Shown: one piece after another, positions 59,254-64,000 of the stretch
How positions within the stretch are numbered: the stretch's first letter is position 1
How the letters are laid out: each line of letters starts with the position of its first letter
Assembly (NCBI GenBank): GCA_964187785.1
Contig: OZ076409.1
Location: forward strand, 68,884,001 to 68,948,000
Source: Amphiscolops sp. MND2022
Lineage: Eukaryota
Reading direction: 5' to 3'
Length of the DNA: 64,000 bases
Notes under the pieces: generated by a model
The model's database searches: none
The model's input: only the letters and a program-made list of their open reading frames with translations
What the model was told of the DNA's origin: nothing
Translations under genes and position numbers: made by a program

Positions 59254-62200
59254 TCGAGGCGTCCGTCCAAGTTGCACAGAGGTGACCTGTAAAACCTTGG
59301 AAATTTTAAAATCCTTTTGTGTGAACGTTTTGCGAAGTGCGGAAGACAAATGCAATACAATGTTTCCCTAGAAGCTCCGGGAAAAATTTCTCTGAAAAGA
59401 CTGTACAGAAAATCTTTTAACAACCGTAAAGATCCTTGCAGATCTGTAGTTGTCCCTACGTAGCAGTGGCACGGTCTTTACAGATCGGGAAAAAGGGGAC
59501 TGAAGTTTTTAGAAAATTTTATTCGTTTGAAAAAAGTCTCATAGTGTCTACCGAAAAACCCGGAAGCAGAACCTTTAATTTTGGCAACGATTATCCAGTC
59601 TAAAACATTTTCAAACTTAAAAGTTAACGTGATACGTTTTCACTAAGGAAAAGGTTTTTTTCGAGACAAAGTCGCCCAGTGCCGAGAAAAATCGTTCGTC
59701 ATTTTTACAATTCTCATCAGTCCCACAAAAATAACGAAAGATGTTACTAGTAAGACTTTTGTAACGACAAGTTCTCACCATGTCGTCATTTCGCCATAGA
59801 GCCGGAGGAACCTACAACATTGTTGTTTGCCCGGGACAGGCGCCCATAGCTATAGATCCATTTTGCCTCCTTCGGGTAAAAATCGTACTGTCAGAGGAGG
59901 ATTCCGCCTCGTGTGGAGCACTCGCTGTTCTTTTCCAGTATGTAACTGCTATCCATAGTGCAAACTACGCTTTTCCGTCGAAATTGTCACTCAGACGGCC
60001 TTTAAAAAATGAAGTGGTGGTAAAGATGAACTTCCATGACAGGTTATGGTGAAAATAGTAGCTCACGAGCTAAATTTGTAGGTAAATCGGTATTTCGTCG
60101 GTATTGCACTGCACAAATCACATGACAAGATGACGATTAAAGGGGCACAAGCACGGGTGCTTGATTAAGCACTTATGAGACGCATTTTAAGTATTTGCAA
60201 CAATTACTAGCAACATGCTAATGCAAGTAACGGTGAAAAGAGTCTAAACAATTAGCGAGTTTGAGTTCGTTTCTATATTTTCTCAATACGCGGTTTTACT
60301 TCTTTGGGTCTCTCTTTTGTTACGTGTCGTTCTGGGCCTTTTCAATTTGGCCGGCAGGTCTTTTTTAAAGACACGGAGTCTTCTAGCGGAATATGCTTCC
60401 AGTTGCCAAATTCCAGTTCACTGCTCTGTCCTTCAACGAATTTTCCAGAAATAATCACAGTTTGCCTGTCGACGATAGGCCGTCATTACATGTATAACGA
60501 TTTTTCAAAACAAAATATCTACATGGAACCAAAATTTTGTTTGAAATGTTCCAAAAAATTTGTTCCGGAAAACCCTTCGAAACTGTTTTTTTTTTCGGTA
60601 ACTCGCATAGTGCCGAGAAACACCAAGGACACTTTACGCACGCAAAACGCTTTGCGTCTACTCAAAATCAACTTTTTTGGAAATAATTGTTTCGATACGT
60701 TCATCAGAATCAACATTTTTAGGAGGCTCTTTATGCTCGCTGGTTCGAATAAAGGAACTGGAATGAAGAGTATTAAGAAAGAATGAACAAACTAGAAAAT
60801 GGTAGAAATAGAAGTGAATGGAAAATTGAGGTCCAGGGTATGAAGTTTTGGAGTTTTTACTATCAACATATACCTGCCCCTTGAACGGGTTCAACAACTT
60901 GGTGGAGGTCCTGCAAACACACAGGGTAAAAAAAGTATTTGTATGAATTAGTGAAAAAGGCATTTTTTGAGAAAAGAATCTATACTAAGCTTTGAATAAG
61001 TTGAATAGTTTGTTTGCAAAAAATCAAGGGCACCCTTCGGGTAAAGAAATTCCAAAAAAGTCTCGTTGTGCCAAAAAATCCCAATTTTTGGCTCTTCAGT
61101 GTTCCCTGTACCGTCACTTACACGCAGAGGACCACATAGAGAATTTTATATTAACCTACAATTCAAGTGATATATGATTTAAAGTGAGGTTTAAGAACTG
61201 TTTATAGCAGAAACAGAATTCTGCTGGTGGAGAAAAAAATTGAATTCCTCAGGCTAAAATAACAGAATACGAAAAACAATTCTCCCGTTTTCTGATATAA
61301 CTTTTATAGCAATTTTAAAAATGCGACCAGTCTGAATGTTCCACGTTATACGCAATACTAAGAGTTAAAAACTGAGTATGCAATTTACTGACGTCTTATC
61401 CAAATTAGAAGCATATCTGAAGTTTTATTTTTTTTTCAACTGAACAATTTAGTTGGGGCTGTTCTTTTTCTATACAACTGAGATTTGAAGATGTCCGATT
61501 TGTTCAATTGGCGTTTTTTAAGTGTATACCAAAATTATTGCAGTGCTGCTGCGCCATTTTTCAGTTTAAGTTTTACTTTTGGTTTTATTTGCGTATGTTT
61601 TTTCACCTTCGGTGCAACTTACTAATTGGATGAATGATACCTTTCAAAAGGTGGCATAAAAATTGTTATATAGAATGTGGTATAGGAAATGTTCATATCG
61701 TGAACTCTTTTGGCATTTGCTCCAAAGAATGATTTTTGAAATGCCGCTAGACGCGTTTCTGAAGTTCAATTTGAGGCCGTGTACTTAATGTCAAAATGCG
61801 AGAGATTTATATTCACATTTTTAACTTTGTGCCAGTTGCTTTCATAGCCAACGGAATATTAATGTAGTACAAAAGTTAACGCTTTTTTTCGCCTTTTGAA
61901 AGGTGTTCATTCATGTCAATTTTTCTTCCCTCACTCTTTTCTACATTAAATCTCCAACTTGCTTGATCGATTTTAACCCATTTTTGAAAACAACCCATTT
62001 TTGAAAACAATGTTGAAGATTCAACTCAGAAAAGAGTGAAAAATGTTGTTATAAATGCTCCAATTTCGAGAGAAACAAAAAACCTAAGTTTCAGCATTGA
62101 AATTTTATAATTATCAAAGTCTTAGACACCTCGAAAAACTAACTATTAACATTATTTTGAATTTTCTGCTCAAAATGAAAAATTCGAAAGAAAGAAAGGA

Positions 62201-64000
62201 AGAAAAATTTTCACGCTGCCTTAAATTAATTTGGGGCGCCAAATTTTCTGAACAAGTCTTTTTTTCCTAGGGCCGAAACTGCGCCGACCCGCCTATGATA
62301 TGCGGGCCACGGGCGAATAAAGCGAGCTGCGGGCCACGTCTTGCGGACCGTTTAAAAACATTTTGGGACTAAGAAAAGTAAATTGTGGTACATTAAAAGG
62401 TAATTACGGCATAGATTTACACGAAGCTCTCGACGATGCCGAAGAAGACTGAAAATTAATTTTTGCCTAATTAGGTATGCCTAAATTAGTTAATCAGTTA
62501 TTATTTTTGCCTAATTAACTCTAACTTTTCCGAATACTTAAGTATTCCGAATACTTAACTATTAGTATTAGGAAAAGTTTGAGCTGAGCAAAAGTAATGT
62601 AATGAAAAGCGCTTAGCGTTTGTTCGCTACAAGGGGTGGAGGAACTGATGTCATGGATTAAGATTCGGGACCAATCACCATAACTCCAGTCCATTTTGTC
62701 CTCCTAAGGAATGCCGGTCCCGAGAAGGGAGAACCGTTTCTAGGGATGCTTTCTGACCTGTTCCGGTCTGTTACTGCTACTAGTCACATGAAATACGCTT
62801 TTTTCTTCGTATCCACTGCGTAAATAACCTGTAAAAAGGGGCTAAGTTGCATAGAACTAAATTAAACGATCCAGATGGGAATCTAACGTAAATGACATCA
62901 ACATTAACAAGGGTAGCTCTCGGATCAAGAAATCATCAAACAAATCAGTAAACACATCAAAGAAGAGTTAAAATCCAGTTTGGCGAATTGGGTCTAGGTG
63001 GCATGGCACTGGCATTCGGGTTTGGCACAACCCTGGGTCCGGATATTGCTATCACTCCGACATTCTGGTTCTGCACGAGCTGTGATGGGCACCGTTGAGA
63101 TTAGCGCATAGGCTATAGTTTTTCGGTTCCGTGGCGTTTCACGGGTCTTTTCATACGCGTTTTCTGCTTTTTCCGCCTTTTTGCTTTTTTCTACGCCTCG
63201 CGGGGTCTGCTTCGTATGTCTCTCTATGATTTTTGCGGGCTGGTACCTCGTGAAATCATGTTTGAGGGCCACGTCACTTTTGAACGAATTTTTCAGAAAA
63301 TTGTCAAAACTTCGAAAATTTTGTTAATCACAGAATGCCGTTACATAAGTTTTCAGTCTTCTTCGGCATCGTCGAGAGATTCGAATAAATCTATGTCGTC
63401 ATCTTCTTGCATAACCTTAAATCTCCTGACTGACTGCCCCAACCGCCAGAGTTGTATTAAACTTTTGAGAAATGCAACTAGCCATGTGTATCGTTCTTAT
63501 CGCATAGCGGCAGGCCATTTCTGAGAAAAGACGGGCGGCGGGCCGCGGGCAATAGTTGCGGGATGCGGGCCAAAATGGCCCGCATTCAACTGTAGCTTAT
63601 TTTCAAAAAAGTGCTCTAAATTATTGCTAATGATTGAAATTATTCCATCACTTAAGAACGTGTTTGAAAATTTTAATGACCAGCTTTTCAAGACGTGGTT
63701 GAGTATTAGCGTTGAAATTGAATAAACTAATCAAAACTTAGTCTCAATTTCTACATCCTTTTTATATAGGCTCAGCTGGCTTATCCTCAGACAATAACTT
63801 TTTCAACCAGTTAGGTGCAAGTGAATCTCAGCTGGTATGAATTAATTTCTGTATGACGTAACCGAGGCCCCATTGCATCGAAAAGCTTGGAGAATGAGGG
63901 GATTAGCCATTGAAATAAGAAATGAACATAATGAGGCATTAGCAATTCAACCAGTCTAATTTACATTTCTATTTCAAGTTGTTGATTGACATTAACAAGG

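Noticed and set aside
60874..60910. Possible 37-nt minus-strand host exon (good AG/GT context)
   Set aside because: No partner exons or recognisable product; splice-like signals arise by chance.

Overview
Eukaryotic (animal-like), AT-rich, transposon-dense DNA with one clear host gene, an intronless class A GPCR at 36444-37562 (-). Two divergent Ty3/gypsy LTR retrotransposons on the minus strand dominate the window. Element A (~10645-27153) is degenerate, has ~1.87-kb LTRs and is partly duplicated in tandem. Element B (44054-59253) looks intact and recent, with 1101-bp LTRs, a TCGAG target-site duplication, PBS, PPT, open gag and pol, and an AAAAAAC -1 frameshift site. The main finding is that both elements carry, between pol and the 3' LTR, a large antisense, intron-containing gene encoding a BED-type zinc finger plus what appears to be a catalytically dead hAT-transposase-like body. 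In B it can be spliced by hand into an uninterrupted 7-exon ORF of ~1092 aa, and two intron positions are shared with A. In both elements gag starts 107-195 codons inside the LTR, and the LTR/PBS junction itself spells an in-frame ATG (D-M-V-T-G). Also present are LTR remnants of further related families, several Helentron/DINE-like non-autonomous elements, a TA-flanked MITE, a foldback-like element, a decayed Tc1-like transposase and small tandem repeats. All homology calls come from motif recognition by eye; no searches were run.
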